DNA of 64,000 nt. It comes from Limisphaerales bacterium (lineage in GTDB: Bacteria > Verrucomicrobiota > Verrucomicrobiia > Limisphaerales > UBA9464). The position numbers and the translations under genes are program-made. Below the pieces are notes generated by a model that made no database searches, was not told the origin of the DNA, and saw only the letters and a list, made by a program, of their open reading frames with translations. Each line of letters begins with the position of its first letter. Position 1 is the first letter of the stretch. Shown here piece by piece: positions 35,700-45,514 of the stretch. Location: the NCBI GenBank assembly GCA_965284395.1, contig OZ260084.1:595401-659400 (forward strand). Direction: 5' to 3'.

Positions 35700-36349
35700 A
35701 CACGCGACCCAACCTCATCCGCGTCCTCATCGTCGACGATCACCCCATCGTCCGAGTCGGACTGAAAACCGTCCTCGAACAGGAGTCGGACCTCCTCATC
35801 ACCGGTGCCGTCGCCAACGGAGTCGAGGCCCGACAGTCCTGCGAATCAGTTCCTCCGAACGTCCTCCTCCTCGACATCCGACTGGGCAACGAGAACGGAA
35901 TCACCCTTTGCCGCGACCTCCGCCAGCGCTGGCCCGAACTCAAGGTGATCTTCCTGACCTCGTACGCCGACGCCGGGACGGTCGTCGCCGCCCTGGGCGC
36001 CGGAGCCAACGGATACCTGTTGAAGGCCGTCGACGGTACCGACATCCCCGGCGCCATCCGCCGCGTCGCGGCTGGCGGATCGGTCTTCGACCCGGTCGTG
36101 ACGCCGCATGTACCCCCATCTTCCGCCCGACCAGCAGCCCCGCAACCCGTTGGTCTCGATCGCCTCTCTCCCACTGAGATTCAACTCCTGCGCTTGGTCG
36201 CCCGGGGCATGACCAACAAGGAGATCGGCTGCGAACTCGATCTGGCCGAGAAGACCATCCGCAATCACATGGTCACGCTGTTCGACAAGCTCGGCGTCCG
36301 CACCCGGACCGAAGCGGCCTTGCTCTTCGCCCAGTCTCCGGTCGCGTGA
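35696..36349 (+). CDS. response regulator, NarL/FixJ (LuxR-type HTH) family
   Basis: IRVLIVDDHPIVRVGLKTVLE, LLDIRL (phospho-Asp), and C-terminal LSPTEIQLLRLVARGMTNKEIGCELDLAEKTIRNHMVTLFDKLGV. Confidence 0.9.
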   Translation: MNTRPNLIRVLIVDDHPIVRVGLKTVLEQESDLLITGAVANGVEARQSCESVPPNVLLLDIRLGNENGITLCRDLRQRWPELKVIFLTSYADAGTVVAALGAGANGYLLKAVDGTDIPGAIRRVAAGGSVFDPVVTPHVPPSSARPAAPQPVGLDRLSPTEIQLLRLVARGMTNKEIGCELDLAEKTIRNHMVTLFDKLGVRTRTEAALLFAQSPVA

Positions 36350-36743
36350 CTCGCAGGCGACGCCTCGGATTGGAACTTTTGTTCCTGATTCAAGTTACTG
36401 CGGTTGAGCGTTTAACAGCCTGGCCCGAGCTACCCAGACCAAAGTAGGGACTCCCTCGACCCAACATTTTTGCAAACTTCTGCTCCGCAGCTACAGAAGA
36501 CTTTTTGGAGGCCGAACTCTCACATGAGCCTCCAAACGGCAGGTTGGAAAAGGAGAACAACATTCGGATCACACCACTGGGTGCCTGAAGGCACCACAGG
36601 CCAAGGGTTCAAGGGGGCCTGAACGAGCATCAAGCGATGCCCATGCCATTACCCCCCATGAAAACGAACCCCATTCCGGCAACTGCTTCCCTCGCCGAAC
36701 CCCGCTGCATCCGCACCTCCACCCCCACCAGCAGGAGGCTGCC

Positions 36744-37046
36744 ATGAGGACTGAATCCTTCGGAGAGGTCCTTCGCATCAGCGGTTTGGCCGAACTCTCG
36801 GCGCCCTCATCCCCGGCCATCCAGTACACGATCTCCTCCGCCCTCCGGGCCGAGCATCGGGACGTCGAGATCGATTCCCGCGAGCTCAAGTTCGTCGACT
36901 GCGCCGGACTCCGCACCCTGGTTGCGCTGCACCTGAGCCTCCAGTCCCGCCATGGTGGAATCCGGTTGCTGAAGCCCTCCGACGCCTTCCGGCGCCTGCT
37001 CGAGGCCACCCAGCTCCACCATCAGTTCCAGATCGTGAACAACTGA
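36744..37046 (+). CDS. STAS-domain protein (anti-sigma-factor antagonist-like)
   Basis: 100 aa. DSRELKFVDCAGLRTLVALHLSLQSRHGGIRLLKPSDAFRRLLEATQL is typical of SpoIIAA/RsbV-like STAS proteins. AGGAGG lies 5 nt before the ATG. The stop TGA sits in the flank of MITE copy C. Confidence 0.75.
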   Translation: MRTESFGEVLRISGLAELSAPSSPAIQYTISSALRAEHRDVEIDSRELKFVDCAGLRTLVALHLSLQSRHGGIRLLKPSDAFRRLLEATQLHHQFQIVNN

Positions 37047-37233
37047 GGCGTATCCATGCGATTGAAGGCGGGGACAGGTTCACGCGGAGACGCGGAGAAG
37101 GGACACTTGGACGGGAGGCGGAGCAGTCACCGTTTGGTGAATAATGTCCGACGTTGAAAGGTTGGTGACCTGACCCTCTCTCCGCGCTCTCCGCGGCTCC
37201 GCGTGAGAATTCTGCTGCATTGATACGGCTGAG
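37043..37233 (+). mobile_element. MITE-like element, copy C
   Basis: TIRs GGCGTATCCATGC ... GCATTGATACGGC, flanked on both sides by C-TGA-G. One GCGGAGAC unit fewer than copy B. Confidence 0.85.
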
Positions 37234-37280
37234 GCGGGGCGAAGGGAGTTGCCGGTCCCCAGTTCCCAGATTCCAGCGCA

Positions 37281-37363
37281 CCCGTAGCCGACGAGGTGAC
37301 GAGGCGGGGCCATAGGAAGACCGCAGTTCCCACAGAACTGGCAACTGGCGACTGGCAACTGGG
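37281..37363. repeat. R4 repeat (GTAGCCGACGAGGTxACGAGGCGGGGCCA family) plus ACTGGCAACTGG tandem
   Basis: CCCGTAGCCGACGAGGTGACGAGGCGGGGCCATAGGAAG...AACTGGCAACTGGCGACTGGCAACTGGG. Related copies at 50245 and 50458. Confidence 0.7.
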
Positions 37364-37425
37364 ATCTCCCCCACCGCATCCCGGATTCCCTCGAATGCCT
37401 GGTTGTGGTCTGCTCCTCGGCCGCG

Positions 37426-38358
37426 ATGCATAAGACCGCACTGTTGTTTGCCGGCCAAGGCGCCCAATCCGTCGGAATGGGCCGGGACCTCGCCGAGACC
37501 TTTCCGACCGCCCGCGCCCTGTTTGACCGGGCCAACGAGGCACTGGGATACGATCTCGCCTCCATCTGTTTCAACGGGCCCGAGGCCGACCTTACCAAGA
37601 CCGAGAACGCCCAACCCGGCATCTACCTCGTCAGCTGGATCGCCCTGACCCTGCTTCGTGAGAAGGTTCCCACCCTGCAATTCCAGGCCACCGCCGGGCT
37701 CTCCCTGGGTGAGTTCACCGCCCTCGCCGCCGCCGGTGCCCTCTCCTTCGAAGACGGCCTTCGCATCGTCCGACTCCGCGGCCGCTTCATGCAGGAGGCC
37801 TGCGAAGCCACCCGGGGCGGAATGGCAGCCGTCATCGGACTCGACGAAGCTCCTACCCGCGAGGTCTGCGCCGAGGCGGGCGTCACCCTCGCCAACCTGA
37901 ATTGCCCCGGCCAGATCGTCATCTCCGGCGACGCCGACCGCATTCCGCAGGCCATCGAACTCGCCAAGGCCAAGGGTGCCCGCAAGGTCCTCGCGCTTCC
38001 CGTTGCGGGCGCCTACCACTCGCCCCTCATGGCGTCCGCCCAACCCAAGCTCGCCGCCGAACTGGGCAAGGTCGCGCTCCTTGCGCCGACTGTCCCCGTC
38101 TTCAGCAACGTCAGCGCCGCGCCCCACGGCAGCCCGGCTGACATCACCCGACTGCTCGTCGAGCAGGTGACCGGCTCCGTCCGCTGGGAGGAATCCATCC
38201 GCGCACTCCTCGCGCAGGGCTTCACCCGCTTCATCGAACTTGGGCCCGGCACCGCCCTCACCGGATTCCTCCGCCGCATCGACAAGTCGGCCCAGGCGCT
38301 GAACGTCGCCGACGTCGCCTCCCTCGAGGCAACCGCCGCCGCACTCAACGCGGGCTGA
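37426..38358 (+). CDS. fabD: malonyl-CoA:ACP transacylase FabD
   Basis: Track ORF trimmed to ATG 37426. LLFAGQGAQSVGMG, GLSLGEFTALAAAGAL (active-site GxSxG) and VAGAYHSPLM. Confidence 0.9.
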   Translation: MHKTALLFAGQGAQSVGMGRDLAETFPTARALFDRANEALGYDLASICFNGPEADLTKTENAQPGIYLVSWIALTLLREKVPTLQFQATAGLSLGEFTALAAAGALSFEDGLRIVRLRGRFMQEACEATRGGMAAVIGLDEAPTREVCAEAGVTLANLNCPGQIVISGDADRIPQAIELAKAKGARKVLALPVAGAYHSPLMASAQPKLAAELGKVALLAPTVPVFSNVSAAPHGSPADITRLLVEQVTGSVRWEESIRALLAQGFTRFIELGPGTALTGFLRRIDKSAQALNVADVASLEATAAALNAG

Positions 38359-38374
38359 CCCCCAGCGTCCCCTC

Positions 38375-38604
38375 GCCTTCGGCCCGAGGGCATCCCGGAG
38401 GGATGAGGGCCGATAGCCCCGGGTCGTGCGAAGCACGCACCCGGGGAAGGGCGCGTTGTGATGGATTCCGCACCCCGGCAGGGGGCGAAGGCTGCGGGGG
38501 CTTCAACCCCTCCAGGGTTGTTTCCCTTTCCCACGGCAACCCGGGGTGCGCTTCGCGACCCCGGGCGACCCGCTGGTATCCCTCCGGGATAACGGAAGAG
38601 GCCG
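38375..38604. repeat. R6 repeat, two inverted copies between convergent genes (possible bidirectional terminator)
   Basis: Left copy: GGCATCCCGGAGGGATGAGGGCCGATAGCCCCGGGTCGTGCGAAGCACGCACCCGGGG. Right copy: CCCGGGGTGCGCTTCGCGACCCCGGGCGACCCGCTGGTATCCCTCCGGGATAAC. Each contains local palindromes. Related pieces at 5313..5432 and 33899..33940. Confidence 0.7.
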
Positions 38605-38632
38605 CGGAAACAGGACCTACCGCACCCCCCAC

Positions 38633-41600
38633 CTACCAAAGCGGGACCGGCTTCACCTGATAGTAGGATTGGTCAACGTCCGGAGCCGCCGGGATCACGA
38701 ACTCCAGGATCTCTCCCGTGCCGGCCCGTCGCTCCAACAACTCCCATCCGGCCGGCCCACGCAACGTGACCGTGCGCTCCAACCGATAGTCCCGGTCCAC
38801 CGTTGTCGGGACACGCAACACCAGCGTGCCGCCTTGGCCGGTCCGCCAGGAAACGCTCGGGAAGCTCGTCGCGCTCACCGGATCGGTACCGGCGTCGTAC
38901 TCGGCCCGCGCACCGAACCCATCGCCATCCCGATCCAGGAATGCATCCAGAGGGTCCGCCGGATCCAGGCCGTATGCGGACTCCCAGTTGCTGGGAATCC
39001 CATCGCCATCCGGATCCGCCAAGACCGTGGCCAGGAAGCTGAGCGTGGCGACCCGGTCCCGAAGACCGGCCGAGAGCGTCACGAGGGACGACAGTTGGGT
39101 GATGTCCCGGTTCACCTGAAAGGTGATCGTCAGAAGCGATCTTTGACCTACCTCGAATGCCCCCAGGGCTGCTTCTTCCACATCCGCACCGAAACGGGTC
39201 GAGGGAATCAGCACGCCATCCCGGCGAATCTCGGAGACGGTCGCGAACTGACTGTTCTTCCAGTCGAGATCCAGGTTCGCAACCCGGGTCGGTCCCTGAT
39301 TCGTGACGATCAGGGTCAGCGTAGAAGGCCGGCCCACGGTGATGGAAGGCGGAGGGCTGACCTGCCGGCCAAGCGTCACGCGGACATCGGAGAGTGATTG
39401 GCCCAAGGCGCCCGCCTGGAAGTCCTGACTGTGCGCCTGACTGTGCGTCGCGGATGACTGGCCAGCGCCGTAGACGACAATCTCGTCCAGTTCGCCATCG
39501 AATCCTCCACCACTCGCACCCCGGCCAATCCGGAGGGGCCCATCGCCGATACCTGAGTAGTTCCCAAGCAATGAAGACGTCGCCGGAATTCCCGCGAGGC
39601 CATCAACGCGCACGGTAACCCACGACTGACCCTGGATCAGGGTCCAGCTGACGTAATGCCATTCGCCGTCCCGCATGTCGGGGGCAAATCCGGTGGTTCC
39701 AATCCACTGCCCATCCCATTCGATCGACGGCTTGCCATTCCTGAGAATGAGCGCGAATCCCACTCCATTCGTACCGCCGGAAAACTCCGCCACCACCTGC
39801 CGTTCACGCTGCCCCGGGCGAACCCGGACCCAGGCGCTCAGGGTGAATCCCGAAAATGGGGTTAGTTTGAGCCTATCGATGGACGGCACTTCGATGACGG
39901 CATCTCCGCCGTCGAACTGGAAGGTGCGTTGGTCATAGCGACGCCCATACAGGACCCCGGACGCCAGCCCGTCATGGTTGCCCATGGTATCCCGGGCGTC
40001 GCCCTCGGCCCGCCACCAGGCCAGTCGGTTCGCCCGTTCCTGGACAAGCCCGTTGACCAGTTCAACCTGGAGTTCAGCCCGGTCGATCCCCGCACCACTC
40101 GCTCCACCCGTGCGCCGGGCTTCGGCCACCATCATGAGGGGCAGTCGCTGGGTGACCACACCCGGGCTGATTCCGACTTCCAGGGTCACCGATCCACCCG
40201 CGGGCAAGGTTCCGACATTGGCCACGACCCTGGCCCTCGGCTGCGCCGGCAAGCTCGGCGGCACAAAGTTCAATGTTCCCTGGCTCGTCTTCAGCAAGGT
40301 GATTCGCGGCGCGCTAAGCCCAAGTTCCGTCTCGAACGGGAGGTCCACCGTCACCCCGGACGCCGCAACCGGAGCCTCATTCGTCACCACGATCCGGAGC
40401 ACCATCTCGCGCCCCTGGATCGCGAATGGAGCGGCAGAATCAAAGGCCGCAATCCTCAGGTCCCCAGAGGAAGCCACCGTGACGCCCTCCGAAACCCCCA
40501 CCCGCCCAGAACCGTCATCCGCCAACAACCGGACGAACCCGGCCGTGGAACCCACCGTCAGCGTGCCGACCCAGGTTCCTTCACTGAACGTTGCGATCAC
40601 CGAAGGAGCCACCGGCACCAATCGCGAATCCACGAATGGAACACGCATCTGGTTGTTCTGGGTCCCGATTGGCCCGAGTCCGCGGTTCCACCCGTCCGCT
40701 CCCTTCCGGTTCGACCAGCCAACGCGCTGATGGTTGAAGTTGCGCGGAGTCAGGGCGCTGATGCCACCCATGGGGAAGCCCGGCCATTCGGTCGGATCCA
40801 GGCTCAGAGGAATGTCGATCTCACCCGGCTCCGCCCCGTTCGCTGCGAAGAAGTCCCGCAGCGCTCCCGAGGCATCCTGAAGCATCACGGCCATCGGCCG
40901 GGTTGTCAGGATGTCTTCCGCGGCGTCGATTCCCCAGTCCAACGGCTGGCCGAGCGAAAAACGGGGGAACGCGTTGGGCACCAGCGTCCCTTCCTGGATC
41001 CGGAACAGGCTGCCGGCAGCCATGACCGTCCCGACCGGAACCACGAACGTCCCGCGCGGCACCGGCCAGCGCGTATGGTCAAAGAACGATACCCGCCAGC
41101 CACTGATGTCGAGATCCCCGGACGTGACGTTCTGGAACTCGACGGCATCCGTCGTCCGCGTTTCAACCTCGGTGATCAACAACTGGCTGGGCAGATCGTT
41201 CCCGCCACCCGCGAATCCCGGGATCGCAGCAAGCGCCACCACTCCATTGAAATTGGACACCACCCCGCCCCGGCCGTCGACCGCCCGCAGTTGCGCCGCG
41301 AAAGCCTCGCCCGCGATCGCAGACGGCGGCGTCACCCACTCGAAGCCCCGGACCACTCCCGGACTCCGGTCGTCGTTGAGCACGATCCCCACCGCCACCG
41401 ACTTCGCGAATCCAACACCCGCCGAGGACGGCAGACTCGAAATGCCCAGGGTGAAATGCTCGTTCGGCTCTTCCACCTGATCGCCCACCACCGGAATCCG
41501 GATCTCCGCCTGGGCCGATCCACTCGGAATGACCACCGTCCCCGTGCCACCGACGAAATCAAACGGCGACCGCGCCGTCTCGTTCGTGGTCGCCCAGGCA

Positions 41601-44600
41601 ATCTCCAGATCCACACCGGCCAACCCGTTCATCGTCACCGGGAAGACCAGGTCCTTCGTCCCCGAGTCGCCTTCAGCCATCCGGCCACCAGCCACCGAGA
41701 TCTGCGGCACCTCGTCATCATTCGTGATCGTCAACACCGGCAGCAACCCCTCCAACGCCGCACCCACCGGATTGCTCAGCACCAACCCGAACACCTCGTC
41801 CGGTTCATAGAACGGATCTCCCAGGAGGACCACCGGCACCAACTTCTCCACCTCGCCCGGTGCAAACTCCAGCCGTCCAGAAACAGCCTCATAGTCCACA
41901 CCCGCCGCCGCCAGTTGCCTGCCAGTCCCAGGCCGCGGCGGCCCGATGACGTAATCCACGGATACCGTCCGCGAGACCGGAACCGACAACCGGACCGGAA
42001 CCGACAGGACGAGACGCTCTCCCATCCCACCTTCGGAACGTCCCGCATCAAGGACGGTCAGCGTCACTGTCACGGCCGTCACGGCCGCCCGCGCCTCATT
42101 GTTCGCCAGGCTCAGTTCCGCAGAATCCGAAAAGCCCCGGGCCACCAACAAGCCCTCTTGTGCGAGGTCAGCCCGCACCACGAGATCCACCGATACACGC
42201 CCACCCGCAGGCAGGACACCAAAGCTGCCGGAGACAGTACCCGAATCGTACGTGACCGTCCCCACCGTCGTGGTCAGCGCCATCACCGACCAACCGGCAG
42301 GCACGGTGTTCGTCAGCCGAACGTTGGCCAGCGCCTGGTTGGCCACGTTTTCCAGGTTCACCCGGGCATGAAAGGTCTCACCTGCCGCAAACCTCGACGG
42401 CACGCCTTCCCACACGACCCTCAGATCGGCATCGCACCGCCCCGCCGCACCCGCCGCGAACAACGACGCCACCTCCTCATTCAGGAGCGCCCGCGTGTAC
42501 ACCCCCACTTCATCAATGCGCCCGTCGAATCGTTCGGCTTCCCAGCCGAAGAAGGTCTGCGAACGGGCCCCGATCCGGAACGGCGCGTCCATCGCCGGCA
42601 TCGCCCCCGTCAACCCCACGAACTCCGAAACCTTCATCCCGTTGAGGAAGACACGCACCCGTCCCGGCTCCACCGCCAACGCCACGTGCGACCACCGGTT
42701 CAAAGGCACCGCTGCCCCCGTGTCCGTCCAGCCGTTGTGATTGCTGGGCATCCCATTCAGACCACTCACGAACACGGCGAGATTGCCGACCGGAATCGTC
42801 CCCACCGGATCCAAGGGCCCTCGGATTCCCAACTCGAACTGGATCGTCTGCAAAGAGGTCGCGCTCGCCTCCCGGTTCACGATGATGTCCTCCATCCCGT
42901 TGTAAGCCGTCGGATACACCCACGCATCCACCGTGAAATCCTGCCGGTTCAACCAAGCCGAGTCCGGCACGGCCACCCCGCCCGCCCCCTTGAAGTCAAA
43001 CGCCTCGCCCACCCGGCCCGCTGCGAACCCCAGCGAGCTCTCCTGCACCCCAGGATAACGGCCGGTCGCATCGCTTAGGTTCCCATCCCCACGATACAAA
43101 GCCCCCAGGCCAGCGATGGGAGCAGCGCAACCCGGAGAGACATCAAAATTCAGGATGGCCACGTCGTTCGTCGCGATCCCATCTCCCGCTCCTGGAGTAA
43201 GGGTCGCCCTCAGGCTAGCTGCGCCACCAAACGGCGCGATCACATCCAAGCCAAGCCGCAAGCTTCCCCCGATCGGGATCGTATCGACCTCCAACGCGAT
43301 CGGATTCGTCGAAACCTGCCGCATGCCGATCGGGATCTCGCGCAGCACGATCCGGTTCGAGCCCGTGACCGTCAGCTCAACGCGGCCACCCTGCGAAAAC
43401 CGGTTGCCCGATGCGCTGAGTGTCAACCATGCCGGTGCGGGCTCGAAGGCAATGGCGGACTCAAGACCACTCAACCGCACGCCCACATCCCGGAATGCAG
43501 GCAATTCGGTCGGCTGGGAAAAGATCGTCTGTACTTCGGCCGGATCCAAGGGCCGGTTGTAGACGCTCAGCCGGTTCATCCGCCCCTGGAATCCGTACCG
43601 TGCCCCTCCCACCACCTCGCCCAATGAACCAATCGCAAAAGGCGTCGTAAACGAGTAGGAACCTACGAGCGCTTCGACGCCCTGCGGCTGGCCATCGACG
43701 TAGAACCGCATCTCCGCCCCCCTCCGGGTCGTGACGACATGATGCCATTCGGTATCGCCCAACCCTCCCACCCCGTAGGCGTTTACGACGCCCACGCGTC
43801 CCGTGTAGGGACGGCCGGCATGGGTTACTCCAACGTGGTAGGAGCCAACCCCGCCCCCCAGCAGGATGCCACCCTCGAAGTCCGGTGAAGCAACCACCGA
43901 CGACGAACGCCGAATCCAGGCCGATACCGAGAATTCCTGAAGCTGCAACGCAGGCACCTCACCCAATTGGACCCGCGACGGCCCACCAGAGAGATTGAGA
44001 AAACCCATTCCCCCTTCAGCTCCGAACGAGGCCCCGTCCAAGAGTGGGCCCGACAAACCTCCTACGATATCCACCGTGTCGATCGCCAAGGGGAAATGGG
44101 CGACGAGACCACTGGAGATGCTGGCGCCACCAATACCGGGAATCAGGCTCAGTTGGGTAACGTTGTTTCGCGACGCCAACTCACCCGGAACGGAGCTCAA
44201 TGTGGCTTGGAGAAGGCGCCCGAAATTTCCCTCAACCTTCAGGACGTAGATCGCAGAAATCTCCGCCCCTCCAGCGAGGTCCAACGGACCCGAAGTCCAA
44301 ACGCCGTCGACCTGCGTCAAGACAGGCGACCCGGCAACCGAACGCAAAAGGGAAACCCCTGCAGGCAACTCAAGGCGCAGACGCGCGCCCTCGAGCGGAT
44401 GGGTTCCCTGGTTGGCCACGGACAATTGCCACCCAACCTCCGCGCTGGCGGGGATGATCGAGGTTCCCACCGTCTGGATCGCGCCATCACTGCGGCACCG
44501 CCCATCGGCCCCGGCGTCGACCACGGCGCGAAGCCCGGCCTCATCCAATGCTGTCCGATGCACGACGACTTCATCAATCAGCCCTGCAAAGGAATACCTT

Positions 44601-45217
44601 GAGCCCCCCACCAGGGCCCCAAGACCGCCCACTCCAAAGGTCCCAGTCCCGTTCAGGATGACACTGATTGGCTGGGAGCCCGCGGGCCGGCCGTCGACAT
44701 AGAATCTCAACTGGTCATCCCGTCTCGTCACCGCCACGTGGTGCCAGCCAGTATCCGTCACCCGGACATCGCCGTAGTAGTTCGCGACTCCCACATGTGA
44801 AAGATAGAGTCGTCCCTCGTGGGTCAGCGCCAAGGCATAGGACCCCACGTCGCCACCCAGGATCACTCCGCCCTCCAATCCTGGTCCCGCCAGCAGGGAA
44901 TCCGCCCGCTGCACCCATGCTTCTACAGTAAACTCAGCCACAGGCAGCGGGGTCGGCGGCACCCACACGAACGCCTGCTCGGCCACGCTCAGCCGGAACG
45001 CAGCACCGACCTTGCCCGGGACATGACCGGCACCCAAAAGCGGCGTCAGGGAGGTCCCACTGAGCACCTCCTGCGCCTCGCTCCCACCCGGAAACCACGC
45101 TGCAACACTCCTGGCATCGGCAAGGCAGTCAGCCTTCAGCCCCACACAAGGCATTGCTTGGAAGACGATCGCTGCAAAGGACGATACCGCCCCAAACACA
45201 ATTTTCCGGATACGCAT
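38633..45217 (-). CDS. giant secreted multidomain protein: four LamG-like lectin domains, DUF11-like repeats, two Calx-beta domains, lamin-tail (LTD) domain, C-terminal thrombospondin-type-3-like Asp repeats
   Basis: 2194 aa with signal MRIRKIVFGAVSSFAAIVFQA. LamG endings IDEVVVHRTAL, MNRLSVYNRPL, IDEVGVYTRAL and LDEIVVYG. Calx-beta VDYEAVSGRLEFAPGEVEKLVPVVLLGD and FDFVGGTGTVVIPSGSAQAEIRIPVVGD. LTD LLITEVETRTTDAVEFQNVTSGDLDISGWRVSFF. DPDGDGIPSNWE...DRDGDGF. Confidence 0.9.
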   Translation of the reverse strand: MRIRKIVFGAVSSFAAIVFQAMPCVGLKADCLADARSVAAWFPGGSEAQEVLSGTSLTPLLGAGHVPGKVGAAFRLSVAEQAFVWVPPTPLPVAEFTVEAWVQRADSLLAGPGLEGGVILGGDVGSYALALTHEGRLYLSHVGVANYYGDVRVTDTGWHHVAVTRRDDQLRFYVDGRPAGSQPISVILNGTGTFGVGGLGALVGGSRYSFAGLIDEVVVHRTALDEAGLRAVVDAGADGRCRSDGAIQTVGTSIIPASAEVGWQLSVANQGTHPLEGARLRLELPAGVSLLRSVAGSPVLTQVDGVWTSGPLDLAGGAEISAIYVLKVEGNFGRLLQATLSSVPGELASRNNVTQLSLIPGIGGASISSGLVAHFPLAIDTVDIVGGLSGPLLDGASFGAEGGMGFLNLSGGPSRVQLGEVPALQLQEFSVSAWIRRSSSVVASPDFEGGILLGGGVGSYHVGVTHAGRPYTGRVGVVNAYGVGGLGDTEWHHVVTTRRGAEMRFYVDGQPQGVEALVGSYSFTTPFAIGSLGEVVGGARYGFQGRMNRLSVYNRPLDPAEVQTIFSQPTELPAFRDVGVRLSGLESAIAFEPAPAWLTLSASGNRFSQGGRVELTVTGSNRIVLREIPIGMRQVSTNPIALEVDTIPIGGSLRLGLDVIAPFGGAASLRATLTPGAGDGIATNDVAILNFDVSPGCAAPIAGLGALYRGDGNLSDATGRYPGVQESSLGFAAGRVGEAFDFKGAGGVAVPDSAWLNRQDFTVDAWVYPTAYNGMEDIIVNREASATSLQTIQFELGIRGPLDPVGTIPVGNLAVFVSGLNGMPSNHNGWTDTGAAVPLNRWSHVALAVEPGRVRVFLNGMKVSEFVGLTGAMPAMDAPFRIGARSQTFFGWEAERFDGRIDEVGVYTRALLNEEVASLFAAGAAGRCDADLRVVWEGVPSRFAAGETFHARVNLENVANQALANVRLTNTVPAGWSVMALTTTVGTVTYDSGTVSGSFGVLPAGGRVSVDLVVRADLAQEGLLVARGFSDSAELSLANNEARAAVTAVTVTLTVLDAGRSEGGMGERLVLSVPVRLSVPVSRTVSVDYVIGPPRPGTGRQLAAAGVDYEAVSGRLEFAPGEVEKLVPVVLLGDPFYEPDEVFGLVLSNPVGAALEGLLPVLTITNDDEVPQISVAGGRMAEGDSGTKDLVFPVTMNGLAGVDLEIAWATTNETARSPFDFVGGTGTVVIPSGSAQAEIRIPVVGDQVEEPNEHFTLGISSLPSSAGVGFAKSVAVGIVLNDDRSPGVVRGFEWVTPPSAIAGEAFAAQLRAVDGRGGVVSNFNGVVALAAIPGFAGGGNDLPSQLLITEVETRTTDAVEFQNVTSGDLDISGWRVSFFDHTRWPVPRGTFVVPVGTVMAAGSLFRIQEGTLVPNAFPRFSLGQPLDWGIDAAEDILTTRPMAVMLQDASGALRDFFAANGAEPGEIDIPLSLDPTEWPGFPMGGISALTPRNFNHQRVGWSNRKGADGWNRGLGPIGTQNNQMRVPFVDSRLVPVAPSVIATFSEGTWVGTLTVGSTAGFVRLLADDGSGRVGVSEGVTVASSGDLRIAAFDSAAPFAIQGREMVLRIVVTNEAPVAASGVTVDLPFETELGLSAPRITLLKTSQGTLNFVPPSLPAQPRARVVANVGTLPAGGSVTLEVGISPGVVTQRLPLMMVAEARRTGGASGAGIDRAELQVELVNGLVQERANRLAWWRAEGDARDTMGNHDGLASGVLYGRRYDQRTFQFDGGDAVIEVPSIDRLKLTPFSGFTLSAWVRVRPGQRERQVVAEFSGGTNGVGFALILRNGKPSIEWDGQWIGTTGFAPDMRDGEWHYVSWTLIQGQSWVTVRVDGLAGIPATSSLLGNYSGIGDGPLRIGRGASGGGFDGELDEIVVYGAGQSSATHSQAHSQDFQAGALGQSLSDVRVTLGRQVSPPPSITVGRPSTLTLIVTNQGPTRVANLDLDWKNSQFATVSEIRRDGVLIPSTRFGADVEEAALGAFEVGQRSLLTITFQVNRDITQLSSLVTLSAGLRDRVATLSFLATVLADPDGDGIPSNWESAYGLDPADPLDAFLDRDGDGFGARAEYDAGTDPVSATSFPSVSWRTGQGGTLVLRVPTTVDRDYRLERTVTLRGPAGWELLERRAGTGEILEFVIPAAPDVDQSYYQVKPVPLW

Positions 45218-45514
45218 AGGTTATTGGGCTCGATCAACACGGGAACACAACCCCCGCCCTTCGACCGGGCCATCGGCCACTCGTTCCGTGATAGCTCTTA
45301 GCTACCGACGTGATTCTTCGGCGTCAAGCGACGGGGATGCCCCTTCCCCATATTTGCCCTCGCCAGGTTCAATCGGTCCTTTCAGGTCAGAAGGGGACAC
45401 GTCGAATGCTCCTCGGGAACCTCATGACGGGTAAGGGTATGTTCCCCTTGAAACTCCAATCTTGTGACTAGGAACTCCCCGCCCTGCTGCGTAGCCTGCG
45501 GCTTCGGATTTACA

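Noticed and set aside
36390-36572. 60-aa minus-strand ORF in the AT-richer spacer
   Set aside because: No start context or recognisable family. It spans the hairpins, which are better explained as RNA or regulatory structure. I kept the region as a finding rather than as a CDS.
39929-43078. 1049-aa plus-strand ORF and other long ORFs antisense to the giant LamG gene
   Set aside because: Arg/His/Pro-rich nonsense sequence. The minus-strand frame carries repeated, recognisable LamG, Calx-beta and LTD motifs.
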